Source of the DNA: Candidatus Omnitrophota bacterium
GTDB lineage: Bacteria > Omnitrophota > Gorgyraeia > JAHJTE01
Length of the DNA: 64,000 nt
Assembly (NCBI GenBank): GCA_018830005.1
Contig: JAHJTE010000004.1
Coordinates: 16,792-80,791 of the forward strand
Reading direction: 5' to 3'
Below, piece by piece: positions 61,492 to 64,000 of the stretch. Each line of letters opens with the position of its first letter. The first letter of the stretch is position 1. The position numbers and the translations under genes are program-made. The notes beneath the pieces are model-generated. The model made no database searches. It saw nothing but the letters and a program-made list of their open reading frames with translations, and was not told where the DNA came from.

Positions 61492-62579
61492 CTCATCCTC
61501 ATATGTTTTAATTCATTTATAAATCTTAAATTTTGCGCATGTGTACCAATTGTCACCCGGATAGAATCATATAAACCATAACCTGCCATGCTTCTTAAGA
61601 TTATTCCCTTCTCAAGCAAATATCTACAAATTCTCCTGGCTCCTTTACCTATGTCAATCAAAATAAAATTAGCCACTGAAGGTATATAGTCAATCTGCAT
61701 CTGTTTGAAATTGCTATACAAAAATCTCTTCTCCTTCAATACTAACCTTCTTGTCTTAGCCAAAAACGCCTTATCATCAATAGCTGCAGTCGCAGCCACT
61801 TGCGCTAAAGAATTTACATTAAAAGGCTGTCTGACCTTATTCATAATATTGATGAGAGATGATTTTCCCAGGGCAAATCCAACTCTTAACCCTGCCAAGC
61901 CATAGCTCTTAGAAAAAGTACGTAGTATGATAATATTATTGTTACCGATAAGCTTTAAGGTCTTAGGAAAATCTCCTACGTCGATGAATTCATTATAGGC
62001 CTCATCAAACACCACTACAATTCGCTTGGGAACTTTTTTAATGAAATCTTTGACCTCCTGGGCATTCACATAAGTCCCGGTCGGATTATTGGGATTGGCT
62101 ATAAATATTAATCTGGTTTTACTAGTTATAGCAGCAAGTATTGCCTTCAAATCATAGCAATAATCTTTTAATTTGATGGCCTTAAACTTACGGCCATTTA
62201 TTTTGCTAATTATCTCATATTCCAAAAAGGTAATTTTTGCTGAAATTACCTCATCACCAACCCTGCTAAAGGCCTTAATAACACAGTCTATCAATTCATC
62301 GCTGCCATTACCAACTACAACTGAATTAATGTTAAGCTTGAATTTCGACGCTAATTTCCTTCTCAGGAAATAGTAGTGCATATCAGGATAGCGGTTGATA
62401 TCCTTAAGCTTGCGCCTTATTGCAGCCTTGGCCTTTGGTGAAGAACCCAGCGGATTCTCATTTGATGCAAGCTTCACTATGCGTTTAGCATCAAGGCCTG
62501 ATTCGCGGCTTAATTCCTCTATGGATTTTCCTGCGACATAGGACTTTACGCCCTTTATATTTGGATTAACAAAACTCAT
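61488..62579 (-). CDS. hisC: histidinol-phosphate / aromatic aminotransferase
   Basis: KLASNENP, NPNNPTG, DEAY, RTFSKSYGLAGLRVG. Confidence 0.93.
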   Translation of the reverse strand: MSFVNPNIKGVKSYVAGKSIEELSRESGLDAKRIVKLASNENPLGSSPKAKAAIRRKLKDINRYPDMHYYFLRRKLASKFKLNINSVVVGNGSDELIDCVIKAFSRVGDEVISAKITFLEYEIISKINGRKFKAIKLKDYCYDLKAILAAITSKTRLIFIANPNNPTGTYVNAQEVKDFIKKVPKRIVVVFDEAYNEFIDVGDFPKTLKLIGNNNIIILRTFSKSYGLAGLRVGFALGKSSLINIMNKVRQPFNVNSLAQVAATAAIDDKAFLAKTRRLVLKEKRFLYSNFKQMQIDYIPSVANFILIDIGKGARRICRYLLEKGIILRSMAGYGLYDSIRVTIGTHAQNLRFINELKHMRMR

Positions 62580-62612
62580 GTTTATTTTTTGTTTATTTAC
62601 CTAGTCTTTATT

Positions 62613-63677
62613 CTAGACCGGGTATGAACCAAGAACCTTTAAATATTTACACTTTTTAGCTAGTGCATTCAAGGCCTTCTTTACCTTAGCTTGATCGCGA
62701 TGACCCTCCAAATCAAGAAAGAAATAATAATCCCAGGCCTTTCTCTTGGAAGGCCTAGATTCTATTTTCGTAAGATTGAGCTTATTTTCTTTGAACGGAA
62801 CCAACATATCGCATAAAGCCCCGACCTTGTCTTGAATGGAGAAAACAACAGATGTCTTATCGTTGCCTGTTGGAGAAACATCGTTTTTACCTATTACCAA
62901 GAATCTGGTCATATTATGAGGGCTATCTTCGATTGCCTTAGAGACTATCTTCAAATTGTAAATTTTTGCTGCCAAGGTTGAAGCAATGCATGCAGCATTT
63001 TTTTCCTTAGAAACAATCTGAGCCGCCTTTGAACTACTTGAAACCTCCATAAGCTCTGCTTTGGAAAGATTAGTCTGTAGCCAGATACGGCATTGTCCGA
63101 ACACTTGAGGATTAGAATAGATGCGCTTGATCTTTGAGTTAGGATATTTCATAAGCAAATTATGGGAGATCTCCAATAGGGCCTGAGAGCAGATTTTCAA
63201 ATCCGTTTCTGTCAACATATCCATGGTATGGGAAACAGCTCCCTCAATGGAATTCTCGATCGGCACTACTCCATAATCTGCCTCAGCCTTATCCACTAAA
63301 GCAAAGCAGTTACCTATAGAACTTGCACCGATATAATCCACCTGAGAGCCGAACTTTTTAATTGCTGCCAAATGAGTAAAACTTGCCTCTGGTCCTAAAT
63401 ATGCAATCTTAATAGGCTTCTCTAAAGCAAGCATACTAGACATTACTTCACGATAAATAGCCTCAAGAGCGCTCTTAGTCATAGGGCCTTTATTCATTAA
63501 AGACAGCCTCTTCAGGATTTCCCTTTCTCTATCCGCAGCATAGATACTCGTGCCTTTATGGATTTTGACCTTTCCAATTTTTAAACTCATGTTGGCCCTT
63601 TTATTCAAAAGCTGTAAGATATTTTTATCTATAGAGTCAATAGTTTTTCTTAAATTTTTAATGCTCATCTTATCCAT
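62613..63677 (-). CDS. pheA: chorismate mutase / prephenate dehydratase
   Basis: N-terminal CM domain (LRKTID..LLNKR), PIENSIEG, NMTRFLVIG, IESRP. Confidence 0.96.
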   Translation of the reverse strand: MDKMSIKNLRKTIDSIDKNILQLLNKRANMSLKIGKVKIHKGTSIYAADREREILKRLSLMNKGPMTKSALEAIYREVMSSMLALEKPIKIAYLGPEASFTHLAAIKKFGSQVDYIGASSIGNCFALVDKAEADYGVVPIENSIEGAVSHTMDMLTETDLKICSQALLEISHNLLMKYPNSKIKRIYSNPQVFGQCRIWLQTNLSKAELMEVSSSSKAAQIVSKEKNAACIASTLAAKIYNLKIVSKAIEDSPHNMTRFLVIGKNDVSPTGNDKTSVVFSIQDKVGALCDMLVPFKENKLNLTKIESRPSKRKAWDYYFFLDLEGHRDQAKVKKALNALAKKCKYLKVLGSYPV

Positions 63678-63731
63678 AATTATCCTCTTCTAACAAGCCT
63701 GCTAAAAAACTTTAGCAAAGCGGGGAAAATT

Positions 63732-64000
63732 TTAGCCTTCATCAGCAACTGGCTCCTGGCTGATAGGCTTACTTTCTCCTTCTTCTTTAACTTCTAAATC
63801 TTTCAATGTCTCTTCTACGTTTTGTGGCTGTGGATTCATAGTAGCGAATTCTTCGATGGGTGGCAAATCCTGTAAAGACTTAAGACCAAAATACTCAAGA
63901 AATCCACTCGTGGTTGCATAAAGAAAAGGCCGGCCCAGACAATCCTTCCTTCCTGCAGTACGAATTAAGCCTTTCTCCAGGAGTGTCCTTACTACACCAT
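63732..64000 (-). CDS. scpB: SMC-Scp complex subunit ScpB, C-terminal part (truncated by window edge; not in ORF track)
   Basis: Manual translation [47 protein letters not shown] followed by an acidic tail. Confidence 0.92.
   Translation of the reverse strand, partial: GVVRTLLEKGLIRTAGRKDCLGRPFLYATTSGFLEYFGLKSLQDLPPIEEFATMNPQPQNVEETLKDLEVKEEGESKPISQEPVADEG

Noticed and set aside
619-62373. Numerous short plus-strand and alternate-frame ORFs in the ORF track (e.g. 59881-60525, 52370-52792, 39942-40298)
   Set aside because: All lie within well-supported minus-strand genes and have no motifs; they are antisense or frame shadows

Overview
AT-rich bacterial window; every gene except one partial histidine kinase at the left edge is on the minus strand. 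Gene content tentatively suggests a PVC-group lineage such as Omnitrophota (impression only, not tested). The right ~42 kb is housekeeping: partial scpB, pheA-hisC-aroF-tyrA-cmk, lepA-lepB-pgsA-plsY, then tRNA-Thr, rpmG, tRNA-Trp, secE, nusG and an unbroken rif/str/S10/spc/alpha ribosomal super-operon ending in a long-tailed L17. Next come an aminotransferase and a LeuC/LeuD-type dehydratase pair, split by a ~6 kb teneurin-like RHS gene (7-blade FG-GAP propeller, unrecognised C-terminal tip), a putative membrane immunity gene and pilT. These are followed by NADP-type icd, mdh, lipB and a free lipoyl domain. The left ~10.9 kb is a more AT-rich accessory operon with its own sigma70 promoter: Xis/BldC-like regulator with 10-bp phased repeats, FabG, a catalytically dead KS, FabZ, FabF, ACP, a divergent KS, two CrtI-like flavoproteins and a multi-TM GAF sensor kinase. 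The best novelty candidates are this specialised lipid/polyketide-plus-receptor operon, the teneurin-like RHS cassette, and the putative membrane-targeting tail on L17.
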